Shown here piece by piece: positions 24,036 through 33,919 of a DNA stretch of 64,000 nt. Made by a program: the position numbers and the translations under genes. Location of the stretch: positions 3,132,507 through 3,196,506 of the forward strand of contig OY759598.1 of NCBI GenBank assembly GCA_963662435.1, written 5' to 3'. The notes beneath the pieces are model-generated. The model was not told where the DNA came from. It did no database searches and saw nothing but the letters and a program-made list of their open reading frames with translations. The DNA comes from Dehalococcoidia bacterium (lineage in GTDB: Bacteria > Chloroflexota > Dehalococcoidia > Lucifugimonadales > VXLM01). Numbering within the stretch: the first letter of the stretch is position 1; each line of letters begins with the position of its first letter.

Positions 24036-24299
24036 TCAGACGCCACGTCGTCCCTCGGAGTCGTCTGCTAAGCCGCCTCGCCGTCCGTCGCAGTCCCCCT
24101 CCGAATCGAGGCGGCCTGCACTCCTTCGCAGGTGTGCTCGTATGGCGACCTTGGCCAGGATGCGCAGCCCGTTGCGGACCATCCTCTGCTGGGCCGGGGT
24201 GTAGGACTCCATCGGCCTGTCGGAGGAAGGCCCGGGGGCGTCCCGTTCGCGTCTCTTCTTTTGCCTGTTCCTTGCATTCTGTCTATTGGTGTCTTTCAT
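24036..24299 (-). CDS. Small basic hypothetical protein
   Basis: 87 aa with amphipathic GLRILAKVAIRAHLRR. Co-oriented with the recombinase. Confidence 0.55.
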   Translation of the reverse strand: MKDTNRQNARNRQKKRRERDAPGPSSDRPMESYTPAQQRMVRNGLRILAKVAIRAHLRRSAGRLDSEGDCDGRRGGLADDSEGRRGV

Positions 24300-24466
24300 G
24301 TTGCACAGTCGCAGCGGCGGTTCGTCGGGCCGCTGGCCTCTCGTTTACAGGTGTTTTGGGTGACCGCCGGGCACGGACGGATCAGTACGAGCGCCCGGCG
24401 GCGTTTTTGTTTCCTACCCCGCCTTGCCGCCGATGCGCCGATGCCGACGCCGGCGGGGTGTGTCCG

Positions 24467-24757
24467 CTAGTTCCTGAAGAAGGTCATCTGTAGCCCCTCT
24501 CCCAGGAGGATGTGAAGGCATCCGATGCGGTTGGCGAACAGGAACAGGGAGAGCATCGAGCCCCCGCTCGGCGCCGCTCCCCTGCGCCACCTGAGCAGCA
24601 GCTTGTGGTCGATGCCGATGGCCCTGGCCATGCCGCGCCAGCTGAAGCCGCTGACCTCCTTGAGGAGCTCCAGCCTCAGAGGGAAGTCCTCGGGCAGAAC
24701 GGCGCCCTGAAGGGGCTCCATCCCGCTCAATTCGTAGATGTGGTCGGTGTTGTTCAT
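24467..24757 (-). CDS. XRE-type HTH protein
   Basis: LELLKEVSGFSWRGMARAIGID...RWRRGAAPS. GGAGGT RBS before ATG 24757. Confidence 0.7.
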   Translation of the reverse strand: MNNTDHIYELSGMEPLQGAVLPEDFPLRLELLKEVSGFSWRGMARAIGIDHKLLLRWRRGAAPSGGSMLSLFLFANRIGCLHILLGEGLQMTFFRN

Positions 24758-25080
24758 TGCATACCTCCATGTCGCAAAGCTCTTGGCGTTTGGTTCCAAG
24801 GCCTTGTGCATCCGGCGGCGGATGCGACCGGAGGGCGGTCGCTCCCCGCTGTCCTGCATCGACATGGGTCCGGGTCTGTCTGTATCGACCCCGGCGGGCC
24901 GGTTCCGGGAGGGGCTCAGCGGAGCGAGCCGTCTCCCAGGGCCGCCGCGTCGAGCCGGACGACGGTCCGTCCTCTGCTCCTCCGGGGGCCTCTCCGTATA
25001 TCGTTATTCCGTGAGCACATCGGCTTTCCATCCTCTATCGGGGATTGAACGGGAGACTTTCGCGACGCTCCCAACGCCGC

Positions 25081-26742
25081 TCATTGCTTTTCTGTCAGTA
25101 GTGCCTGGGGCGGTTCCCAGGCGGTGGCCGGGGTGCGCCAGGCGCGTCCCAACGGCCCCAGGGCGTCGATTGCCTCTTTGTGGGAGACCCACAGGGGGAC
25201 CGCGACCCCGCTGGCCTGCATCCGCTCCCGCGCCACGCGCAGGAAGTGGGTAGCGGCGATGTCGTCGTCGAAGACGATGAGAACATCGGGTTTCGCGCCG
25301 TGGTCGTCGATGGGCCTGTGAGATGAGTAGTAGCGCAGATAGGGTGCGAGGCGGGCCGCCATGGTCGATGGGCGCACGGCGCGGCGCTCCCACTCCAGGA
25401 AGAAGGGCCAGGTCGTCTCGCCCTTTCGCAGGACGCCGAAAGCGTCGGGATAGACGGCCCGCATCCGGTCGTCGTGGCGGAAGTGACGGGACGCCCTCCT
25501 GGGCGGGTCGAGATGCACGACCTCCCAGCCCAGGTGCCTGGCCTGGCCCGTGAGCGCGGCGAGGAAGCCGTGAACGGCGGCGGTGTGCTCGATGTTCCTG
25601 AGCAGTTGCCTGCTACGGCTGCCGGAGAGATTGCGCCAGCCATAGGGAGCGTTGGCGTCCTCCGGGGCGACGCTCAACCTCCTCCTGGCGACGGTGACGG
25701 AGGTCCTGTCCCTGCGGGCGAGGAGAGCCAGCCCCCGGTCGGTGAGGGCCAGCCGTCCACCCGCCTCGCGGTGCCGGACGACGAGGCGGAATCCCTCTAG
25801 CGGGTTGACCAGCTGGGAGGCCCGTTGGGGCGAGACGCCCATCAGCCCGGCCAGTTCCGAGAGGGCGATCCAGGGCCAGTCGAATACCAGGTCGAGGGCG
25901 CACTTCTCGGCAGATTTGAGCACCACGGGCAGCATGTGGTCGGCCATGTCCGATGCCGCGCCCGTGACGGGTAGGTCGGCGGGGACGGACGCCAGTCCGG
26001 GCTGTGGCTCCTGTGGCAACGCGCCGCCGGGCTCCATCCTGTCGAGGGCATAGTGCAGACTCACGGCGGCGGCGACCTGAGCCGGAGTCCATATCGGATC
26101 GTCGGCTTCGGCCACGACCGCCTCGCGCTCCATGGCGAGCAGTGCCGGGACGTCGGTGGTCGAGAGCATCCTGCGGGCGTGCCTGAGCCGCACTCCGTCC
26201 GTCGTGAGGATGAGGACGATCCCCGGCATGGGCTCGTCCTTCAGCCGCCAGAGGCGCTGGGCGAAGACCGATCGGTCGGCGGTGAGTCCCTGCCTGACGA
26301 TGCCGACGGTCTTCCCATCCGGAAACTCCACGGCGGCGTCCAGCTTCGAGGAGCGGTACCAGCGAAAGCGCATGGGGTATGCGTAGTCGGAGAGGACGGA
26401 GGCCAAGCGGTAGATGACGGCGAGGGCGTCCATGCGCTCCATCAGATTGCGCCGCCACTGGGCAGAGACGGGGTGCGTGCGCACCAGTTCGTCGGGAGTC
26501 ATGCGCTTCTCGCGGGCGAGCCTGCGCAACCCAATGGCGGTGAGATGGAACCTCCGCGTAGGGGAAAAAGAGTCCACGGCGTGGAGCACGGAGGCGCAGA
26601 TTCCGCCTTCCTGAAGCCCATCGACGGCCTCGTGGACCGCGCCCTTCGACCGGCCTGTGATTGCGACCATCTCCGGGCGGTTGAGGAAGGGCATGTCGGC
26701 CAGGACTCGGAGGATCTGGGCGTCTAGTTTTTCGGACCTCAT
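25081..26742 (-). CDS. Replication-relaxation (Replic_Relax) family protein, candidate relaxase
   Basis: Two wHTH+nuclease-like halves. The C-terminal half has H...PDAFG...FFLEWER...Y.RY. Coupled to the VirD4 gene. Confidence 0.7.
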   Translation of the reverse strand: MRSEKLDAQILRVLADMPFLNRPEMVAITGRSKGAVHEAVDGLQEGGICASVLHAVDSFSPTRRFHLTAIGLRRLAREKRMTPDELVRTHPVSAQWRRNLMERMDALAVIYRLASVLSDYAYPMRFRWYRSSKLDAAVEFPDGKTVGIVRQGLTADRSVFAQRLWRLKDEPMPGIVLILTTDGVRLRHARRMLSTTDVPALLAMEREAVVAEADDPIWTPAQVAAAVSLHYALDRMEPGGALPQEPQPGLASVPADLPVTGAASDMADHMLPVVLKSAEKCALDLVFDWPWIALSELAGLMGVSPQRASQLVNPLEGFRLVVRHREAGGRLALTDRGLALLARRDRTSVTVARRRLSVAPEDANAPYGWRNLSGSRSRQLLRNIEHTAAVHGFLAALTGQARHLGWEVVHLDPPRRASRHFRHDDRMRAVYPDAFGVLRKGETTWPFFLEWERRAVRPSTMAARLAPYLRYYSSHRPIDDHGAKPDVLIVFDDDIAATHFLRVARERMQASGVAVPLWVSHKEAIDALGPLGRAWRTPATAWEPPQALLTEKQ

Positions 26743-29261
26743 CCTTCGATCTCCTCTTGTTGCTCCGCCTGCTTCGCCTCCTGCTGTCCCTCCTGCTCGG
26801 CCTTCTCCAACTCTTCGACGCCCTTGTGGTAGTCATCCACCTTCCTGTTACCCTCGGCGTCGGCATAGTCGGCCTGCCGGGAAGAGACCGTGTACGCGAT
26901 TGCCGCCTCGCGGATGCGGTTTGCCACGGCGGGGTCTCCCTCCTCCGGCTTGCGCACCTCCATCGAGAAGGCGGGCATCCGTTCCTTGCCAACCGTGGCG
27001 CGGACGTAGCAGTGGTGGACGGGCAGCGACACGATGTCGTCCTCGCTGACCCGCTCCTTGCCCAGCTCCCACACCAGCGTCCTGGCGTCGTTGCCCGCCA
27101 CCTGGAAGACGGCCAGACAGCCCACGTTGGCCAGGATGGTGTCCCGCATGGTCAGGGAGAGGTCGTCCAGCTTGGCCAGGCTCTGGGTGGCGAGGATGAA
27201 CGACGCTCCGAACTTCCCCAGCTCGCTGAGCATCGACTCGTAGTCCACGCCGGGCATGGACTGCATCTCGTCCACCACGACCAGCGCGCCTCGGCGCTGA
27301 TTCAGCCGCAGGCTTCCTTGCTCCCGTATCACGGCGTCCACTAGGTTGAGCAGGGACGCCCCCACGAGGGCGGCCACGTCCCGGCCCACCGTCCCCTGGG
27401 AGGTGGAGACGAGCAGGACGCCGCCGTCGTGGATGGTGCGGCGCAGGTCGATGGTGGAGCGGCGCTGGCCCAGGATGGCCCGCGCCCGCTTCGAAGAGGC
27501 GTAGTAGGAGAGCCGGGTCTGAACCGGGGCGAGCGCCTCCGCCTTGTACTGATGACCCCACTTGCCGAAGTCCCTGGCCCACCACTCCAGCAGGTAGGGG
27601 TCCGAGACCCTCTTGCGCACCTGCTTGCCGAACGCCTCGTCCGACAGCAGCTTCAGGCCGTCGAGGATGGTGTACTGCTGCTCCGCCTCAAGCTGCTCGT
27701 TGGCCTCGTGAAGGGTCTTGACGGTCTGTTCCAGGATCGACTGCATCCTCGGCCCCCACTGGTCCCACAGGCCCTTGGCCACCCGCACCACCGAGTCGGC
27801 GGTGCGGTCCCGGTCGGAGAAGACGCGGGTGTCCAGCAGGTTGATGCCGGGGGAGCGGGTCTCGTCGGACAGATCGATGAGCTTCACCCTGTCGGCGAGG
27901 GAGTCGGGGACGTGTTCGAGGATGCCCGCCACCAGGTCGGTGTGGGGATCGATGACGACGATGGCGTCGGGGTCCCTGCCCGCCGCCTTCTCCCGCATCT
28001 TGTGGGTGACGATGTGGTGCATGAGGGTGGACTTGCCCATGCGGGTTCTCGCCACGTAGAGGTGGTGCCTCCTTAGCAGGTCCTCGGGGAATCTGATCTC
28101 CCGCTTCGTCCCTGCGGTGGTGTCACCCACCAGCGCGCCGCCCCTGGTTCCCTTGGCCGATGGGCTGAGCGCTCGTGCGCCGGAGCGCTCCACCATGGGC
28201 GTCTCGTCACCCGCTCCAGGCGGGTGCCACAATGCGGCAACCTCGCGAACGCCCAGGACGCTGCGGTTGCCGAACAGGCCGGGGCCTGATGGATGCAGGG
28301 CATCGGGGTCGGGAGCGATGGGCCGGACTTTGCCGACCTTGAACCGTGCTCCGGCGGGGTTGTCGAAGTGGCGGTAGGCGGCGGCCACCCTCTTCAGGAG
28401 ATCCTCCGCTCGCTCATGCCCTGTGTCGGCGGGCATGATCGCCGTGACCTGTATCTCTGCATCGAAGGCGATGCGCGACACCTTCTCCTTGATGAGCAGC
28501 GGGTCTTCGACCCGGTTCCTGGACTTCTTCCAGCGCCACCAGCCCCAGCCGCCTGCGGTCAGGCCCAGGGCCGTGCCGACGCCCAGAAGTACCGCCTTCC
28601 ACGCATCGCCGTCCTGCACCCATAGGTAGCCCTGGAGGGCGGCCAGCGCGCCGATGCCCAGAACGGCCATGGTCACGCCGTCCATCTGTAGCGGCTTGGT
28701 CTGGTAGGTGTAGGAGGGCTCTCGCAGTTCTGTGCCGGGCCGCTTGTGCGCCTTTTCGAGATGGTGCTGCGACCAGTCGGGGCCGAGGGAGCGAAGCAGG
28801 AGGCGGGCCACCACCTGCTCCCCTTCATACAGGTTCGACAGCGCGCCCATGAGGGCGATGAGGGGGTCGGAGCCGGGGTCGAGGAGGTCGTCGTCACGGA
28901 AGGTGCGCAACGGGACGTACTCGGGGCCGTCCGCGCGCAGCGTCATGGACCATGCCTGCTCGCCGTCTCTGAGCCACAGCGGGTCCTCGCCAGGGTGCAC
29001 CTTCTCTATCCGTGCCTGTGGGTAATGGGCGGATAGTTGGCCCCGCACCACCCGGTCGTCCTGGCAGCGTGCCATCAGCGTCACACCGTCCATGTCTCCC
29101 ACCAGTTCCAGGGAGAAGGGCTCCGGCACCGCGATGGACTGGAGCAGATTCTCCACGCCAAGTAGGGTTCTCTCACCCGTCCTCGGCGGCGTCACCGCAA
29201 GCAGGACTGGCTTCTTCGCCTTGTCGTCGCCAAACAGGATTTCCTTCGGGTTCAGTTTCAT
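26739..29261 (-). CDS. Type IV coupling protein (VirD4/TraG-like)
   Basis: Two TM helices, Walker A ARTRMGKST, VIDPH, VVDEMQ and LATQSL...ILANVG. Confidence 0.85.
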   Translation of the reverse strand: MKLNPKEILFGDDKAKKPVLLAVTPPRTGERTLLGVENLLQSIAVPEPFSLELVGDMDGVTLMARCQDDRVVRGQLSAHYPQARIEKVHPGEDPLWLRDGEQAWSMTLRADGPEYVPLRTFRDDDLLDPGSDPLIALMGALSNLYEGEQVVARLLLRSLGPDWSQHHLEKAHKRPGTELREPSYTYQTKPLQMDGVTMAVLGIGALAALQGYLWVQDGDAWKAVLLGVGTALGLTAGGWGWWRWKKSRNRVEDPLLIKEKVSRIAFDAEIQVTAIMPADTGHERAEDLLKRVAAAYRHFDNPAGARFKVGKVRPIAPDPDALHPSGPGLFGNRSVLGVREVAALWHPPGAGDETPMVERSGARALSPSAKGTRGGALVGDTTAGTKREIRFPEDLLRRHHLYVARTRMGKSTLMHHIVTHKMREKAAGRDPDAIVVIDPHTDLVAGILEHVPDSLADRVKLIDLSDETRSPGINLLDTRVFSDRDRTADSVVRVAKGLWDQWGPRMQSILEQTVKTLHEANEQLEAEQQYTILDGLKLLSDEAFGKQVRKRVSDPYLLEWWARDFGKWGHQYKAEALAPVQTRLSYYASSKRARAILGQRRSTIDLRRTIHDGGVLLVSTSQGTVGRDVAALVGASLLNLVDAVIREQGSLRLNQRRGALVVVDEMQSMPGVDYESMLSELGKFGASFILATQSLAKLDDLSLTMRDTILANVGCLAVFQVAGNDARTLVWELGKERVSEDDIVSLPVHHCYVRATVGKERMPAFSMEVRKPEEGDPAVANRIREAAIAYTVSSRQADYADAEGNRKVDDYHKGVEELEKAEQEGQQEAKQAEQQEEIEG

Positions 29262-29308
29262 TGCTATGCTCCTTCCTATATGTGGGTCTCTTTGGCGTTC
29301 TCGGCCTT

Positions 29309-31567
29309 CTATCGGTGCCCGCCCGGTCTCCACTCGATGACTGCCGTCTCCTCCGGGGTGGCCTCGATGCGGACGGGGAAGCGCTGTCCCCTGGCCAACA
29401 GCAGCCCGTCACCACGGGGGCAGGACAGCAGCCAGCGCTGGAGGTCTTCGGGCAGATCGAAGGCGTCGCCCACGGTGCCGATGGCGGCGGCGTCCTGCTG
29501 CAACAGCAGCTTGAAGGCGGCGTTCTGGAGGAGGGCGCGACCGCTGTGGCCGGTGATGGTCCTCGAAGAGTCCTCGGACAAAAGGTCCTGCACGTCCTGC
29601 GTGATGAACTGGAGCCCCAGCCGGTGCTTCCTAGCCCGCTTCGCCATGCTGACCATGAAGGCCGCGCCCTCAGGGTGCTGCATGATGCTCCACACCTCGT
29701 CCACCACCAGCAGGCGGGGCTTGGGGTCCTGGGCGGCGGCGGCCCACACCGTCTCGGTGCAGACCATCGCTGCGGCGGGGCGCAGCTCCGGTTCCAGCAG
29801 CCGCAGGTCGAAGACGGTTACGAGAGCTTCGCTCCCCAGCAGGTCGTCTCCCTCGTCTGAGAGGAGGTTGCGCAGGCTGCCGGTGGCGAAGGGCCGGAGC
29901 AGCCTGGCCAACTCCTGCGCCTCTCCGTCAAGGTACTTGTAGAAATCTCGGAAGCCGGTGCGTACCCCGGCCTGGGCGTAGTAGCCCGCCAGGGCGTGGT
30001 CGAGGGCGGCCCGCCGCTCGGCGGAAAGGCGCTCTCCCACCATCACCTCGATGAGGCGGCGCAGGCTGCCGATGCGCTGCAACAGCTCCTCGGAGTCCCC
30101 CGTGTTGATGACGAAGGGGTTCATCCCCTGGCCCGGCACACCGGGGGAGAGCACCCGCCCTCCCGCTTCGCGGGCCATGTCGGCGTACTCGCCCTCCGGG
30201 TCGATGACGTAGGCGGTGACGCCGCGCGTCAATCCCCGCAGGACACCCAGCTTGGTTGCGAACGACTTGCCGCTGCCGGACCTTGCGAGGACCGCGGTGT
30301 TGGCGTTCAGGTGCGTTCCGTCCCAGGGGTCGTAGACCACCGGGGAGCAGGCCCGCATATCGATGCCGTACAGGGTGCCGCTCCTCGTGTCCAGGTCTGG
30401 CGGCGAGAAGGGGAAGAGCCTTGCCAGGCTGGACGTGTCCAGCGTCCGCCACTCGGCGACGGCGTTCAGTGCCAGGGGAAGCGTCGAAAGAAGCCCCTCC
30501 CTCTGCCTGAAGGCCAGGTTGTCCAGCTTGCCCAGGGTGGCGGCGAAGTGGGCCTTGGCCCGCTGGGTCATCTCCTTCAGGGCGCTCTCGTCCTTCGCGT
30601 GAAGGGTGACCGACAGCGAAGAGTGGAAGAGGCGCTCGCGGCCTCGCTGAACCTCGTCCCTGAGCCGGGTCACGTCCTCCAGGGCGATCTCCGCCTCCGG
30701 GGACATTGTTCGGCCACGCTTGAAGGACAGGGACTGGGCAGACTCGAACCTGACCTTCTGCCACTCCAGCGTCCTCGCTGCCTGCTCTGCGGGAATCGGC
30801 CCGAGGTGGATGGACAGGTCCATCGGCGCTCCCGCCGCCATCAGTCCTTGCAGGAAGCCGGGGGCCAACGACCTCGGCCACTTCCCCAGATGCAGGGAGC
30901 GGGTCAGATGCGAGCCTATGCGGATGTCCCTGCGGTTGACGTGCACTTCGACCTCCTCGCTCTCGTCCACGTCGGTTGGCGAGCCGCCCAGGGCGGCCGC
31001 TACGAGGAACATCCGAAGCTGGCGGCCTTTGAGCGGGTGGACTGACAGCCCAGCCCTTGCCAGCAGGCCCCGCAGCTCATCGATGCGGGCCGCCTCGCAC
31101 ACGGCGTAGAAGCGCCGGTCGAGGATGCCGTCGCGGGATTCAAGGTCGGTCAACAGCCGATTGAGCGACTCGGCGGCGGCCTTTGTCTGCGGTGGAAGGT
31201 TCTCCGGTTGGGCCTGTTGCAGCTTCTCCCGCAGACCGCCAAGACGCGGCGGGTGCTGCCGGATGAGAAGCTGTACGGGGAAGTCGAGGGCGTTGAGCGC
31301 CCCGGCGAAGGCCCCCAGCTTCGGCTCGTCGATCTCCAGCCCCATCACCTCGCACACGCCCAGCTTCACCCCGTCCAGCCGCACGGGACAGTCCTCTTCC
31401 AGGTGCGACAGCATGAAGAAGAGGGGAAGGTCGGGCGGGAACTTGGGTACGGGCTGAACCGGCTGGGGGTCGGTGTTTTGTTCATTGCCAGTCCTGCCCA
31501 ACTGAACGCCGTCCTCTGAAGGGTGCCGCTCTCCACGTCTCGTCAGTTGTTGAATTAGCTGTCTCAC
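29309..31567 (-). CDS. VirB4-like conjugation ATPase
   Basis: ARSGSGKS, VIDPEGEY, VVDEVW, KRARKH and ITQDVQD motifs. GTG start inferred. Confidence 0.88.
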   Translation of the reverse strand: MRQLIQQLTRRGERHPSEDGVQLGRTGNEQNTDPQPVQPVPKFPPDLPLFFMLSHLEEDCPVRLDGVKLGVCEVMGLEIDEPKLGAFAGALNALDFPVQLLIRQHPPRLGGLREKLQQAQPENLPPQTKAAAESLNRLLTDLESRDGILDRRFYAVCEAARIDELRGLLARAGLSVHPLKGRQLRMFLVAAALGGSPTDVDESEEVEVHVNRRDIRIGSHLTRSLHLGKWPRSLAPGFLQGLMAAGAPMDLSIHLGPIPAEQAARTLEWQKVRFESAQSLSFKRGRTMSPEAEIALEDVTRLRDEVQRGRERLFHSSLSVTLHAKDESALKEMTQRAKAHFAATLGKLDNLAFRQREGLLSTLPLALNAVAEWRTLDTSSLARLFPFSPPDLDTRSGTLYGIDMRACSPVVYDPWDGTHLNANTAVLARSGSGKSFATKLGVLRGLTRGVTAYVIDPEGEYADMAREAGGRVLSPGVPGQGMNPFVINTGDSEELLQRIGSLRRLIEVMVGERLSAERRAALDHALAGYYAQAGVRTGFRDFYKYLDGEAQELARLLRPFATGSLRNLLSDEGDDLLGSEALVTVFDLRLLEPELRPAAAMVCTETVWAAAAQDPKPRLLVVDEVWSIMQHPEGAAFMVSMAKRARKHRLGLQFITQDVQDLLSEDSSRTITGHSGRALLQNAAFKLLLQQDAAAIGTVGDAFDLPEDLQRWLLSCPRGDGLLLARGQRFPVRIEATPEETAVIEWRPGGHR

Positions 31568-31584
31568 TTCGCTCGCTTCCTTTT

Positions 31585-31902
31585 CTATGGGACTGGAACG
31601 GGGATGACGCCATGCTTCAGCAGGGCGGCAACGCCCTTGGCCGACAGCGCCAGCACGAGGCCAACGACGGCCATGACCACGGCGGCTCTGGCCCTGCCGC
31701 CGCCGCGCTCCTCTGCGCCCTCGGCCATCAGGACGAAGCCCGCCCAGACGACGGCGAACAGACACACGCCCGATGCGGCGAAGGCCATCGCGGTCAACAC
31801 CGCATCGAAGGCGTCCAACATTGCCTGCTCCTCCGCCGGGGCTGCGCCGGTGGTCGCCAGCGCAACCCCGGCCAGAAGGATTGCCGCCCATAGACGCCTC
31901 AC
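31585..31902 (-). CDS. TrbC/VirB2-like pilin
   Basis: Signal peptide plus two hydrophobic helices around AGFVLMAEG...RAR. GTGA overlap with the upstream gene. Confidence 0.6.
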   Translation of the reverse strand: MRRLWAAILLAGVALATTGAAPAEEQAMLDAFDAVLTAMAFAASGVCLFAVVWAGFVLMAEGAEERGGGRARAAVVMAVVGLVLALSAKGVAALLKHGVIPVPVP

Positions 31903-33506
31903 CAGGGCCACTCCCATCCCAATCTGCGAAACCACTCGGTCAGATCGCCGCCGGGCGTCTGCTCTGCTGGCGGGTCTTCCGGCTCAGGCTGAGGCAGCGC
32001 CAGTACCTTGAATGGGTCGTCACTCCCAATGCCGGAAGCCAGGCCCAGAGACTCGCTCTTCGTCTTGACGATGGGCGCGCGGTCCGTGACCTCGGCCTTC
32101 ACGTGCTCCGGGTGGACGATGGTGATGGTCACGTTCTTCTGGACCGTCTCGCCGAGTACCGACAGGGTGGCCGAGACGGTGTGTTCCGTCGTGGTGCCGT
32201 CGTCATTGGTGACGGTGACCGTCTCGCTGACGGTCCGGCTAGTACCCGGCCTCCATAGGCTCACCGTCTCGGTGCGCTTCTCCATCCGCTCCGGGTGGTG
32301 GGTGAGCGTCGTCAGAGGAGGTATGGGGATGCTGAGAGTCGCTTCAAGACTCACGTCTACGCTGATGGGATGGAGAGCTTGGCCATCCCCAACGGGAAGG
32401 GAAAAAGGAATCTCGCCGTCGGGGACGAAGGCGACGCTCGCGGTCGATGCTCCCGTCGCAGCTGAGAGCGTCCCTGTGATCCCTGTCACCTCGGCGTCCA
32501 TAATTGAGGTCTCGGTGACGCTCTGGTGCCCCGCCACCGTCCGAAGCTCAACCGGCTCCTCGACTGTGACAACGCACTCAGATTCGATGACGCCGCTGAC
32601 GGCTCCCGGCATCCAGCCCAGGGAGGTCATGCGCAGGTCGCAGACCTCGCCCTCGACTTGAGGGAGCGGGTGTGGGATGCGGTCATGCTCGACCGTCAGG
32701 GCTCCGGCTTGGCCCAGCATGTCCTCCCACGAGACTGTGAAGGAGGGCCTTGGCCCATTCAGGGGCAACGAGTAGTCGATGGTCTCCCCCTCAGTGAGAC
32801 TCGCCGAACCCCAGAAGCGCAGCGACGTGCCCTGGCTGCCGCCGAAGGCTCGCACCCGGATTTCCAGGTCGGTTGCCGCCCGTAAGGTCACGGCGGCCCG
32901 GTCTCCGGAGACGGCCAGGCCCTCGACATATATCCGGCGTCCCTCGACCGGCTCGGTAATCTCGAAATCGATCTCCTCTCGCCAGGGCTCGTGGCCGTCG
33001 GCCAGGGCCGTCTGCGGAACGGTCGCGGCCGCCGCCAATGCGACGACGGCCATCACCACGATCCAGCCCTTTGGACCGTGGCCCCGGCTGTCCCTCCCCG
33101 CCTTGCGGCGGCGCAGCCTCTTGAGGGTCTTTCCGGCGCGCCTCGCCATCAGGCGCAAAGGGCCGGGGCCGTCCTTCACCGGCTGGACCGGCACGGGCGG
33201 CTCAGGCCGCACCAGCGCGGACACCGGCCCGGCGTAGACCCGCGCCCCTAGCCGGTACTTCAGCAGGTCGGCGGCCACCAACGGCAGCCGCCGACCTCCT
33301 ATCTTTCCCACGACAACGGCGATGCCCATCAGCCCGAACAGCACGGCGATTCCCATCCGCACCTCGGACGGCCCCACCGGGGCGTAGCGGTATGCGCCGT
33401 AGGACAGGGCGCACACCGCCACGACCGCCACGATCTGCGGGAAGGTGAACCACAGCAGCACCCTGTCCTCGGCCTGCACGTGGGTCGGTACCTCGTGTTC
33501 TCTCAT
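31899..33506 (-). CDS. PrgI-like membrane domain fused to large extracellular beta-rich domain
   Basis: HEVPTHVQAEDRVLLWFTFPQI PrgI-like start with two TMs, then a signal-like helix and a Thr/Val-rich domain. Confidence 0.65.
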   Translation of the reverse strand: MREHEVPTHVQAEDRVLLWFTFPQIVAVVAVCALSYGAYRYAPVGPSEVRMGIAVLFGLMGIAVVVGKIGGRRLPLVAADLLKYRLGARVYAGPVSALVRPEPPVPVQPVKDGPGPLRLMARRAGKTLKRLRRRKAGRDSRGHGPKGWIVVMAVVALAAAATVPQTALADGHEPWREEIDFEITEPVEGRRIYVEGLAVSGDRAAVTLRAATDLEIRVRAFGGSQGTSLRFWGSASLTEGETIDYSLPLNGPRPSFTVSWEDMLGQAGALTVEHDRIPHPLPQVEGEVCDLRMTSLGWMPGAVSGVIESECVVTVEEPVELRTVAGHQSVTETSIMDAEVTGITGTLSAATGASTASVAFVPDGEIPFSLPVGDGQALHPISVDVSLEATLSIPIPPLTTLTHHPERMEKRTETVSLWRPGTSRTVSETVTVTNDDGTTTEHTVSATLSVLGETVQKNVTITIVHPEHVKAEVTDRAPIVKTKSESLGLASGIGSDDPFKVLALPQPEPEDPPAEQTPGGDLTEWFRRLGWEWPW

Positions 33507-33531
33507 TGCTTTTCTCCTCCCTCGCCTCTGA

Positions 33532-33816
33532 TTACTTGGTTGGCGTGGGCGTGGCCGGGTTGGGCACGGTCGGGTCCACCGGCGAGCCGACGACGGCGTT
33601 CATCACCAATTCCACGACGCCGTAGGCGACAAGGGCCAGGACGATGCCCGCCAGGGCGGTCATCATGGCGCTCTTGCCCCGCTCCATCTGGTGAGGCGCA
33701 CCACTGGCCGTCAGGTACAGGTATGCCCCGTAGATGAAGAAGCCCACGCCCACGACTCCCACGACCCCCAGCAGGATGCCCACCAGGTTCGATATGGTCT
33801 GTGTCAGGTTTTCCAT
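33532..33816 (-). CDS. T4SS pilin (VirB2-like)
   Basis: FFIYGAYLYLTASG...ERGKSAM..AL.GI.L pattern. GAGGAG RBS. Confidence 0.78.
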   Translation of the reverse strand: MENLTQTISNLVGILLGVVGVVGVGFFIYGAYLYLTASGAPHQMERGKSAMMTALAGIVLALVAYGVVELVMNAVVGSPVDPTVPNPATPTPTK

Positions 33817-33919
33817 TTGTTTTTCTCCTCTCGTTCTTCGAACTTTCCGCTCGTCTCTATCGGTCGCTGTCCTTGAGTTCCTGTTACCTGCACATCGCTT
33901 CTCCTCCGTCGTGGTGTCG

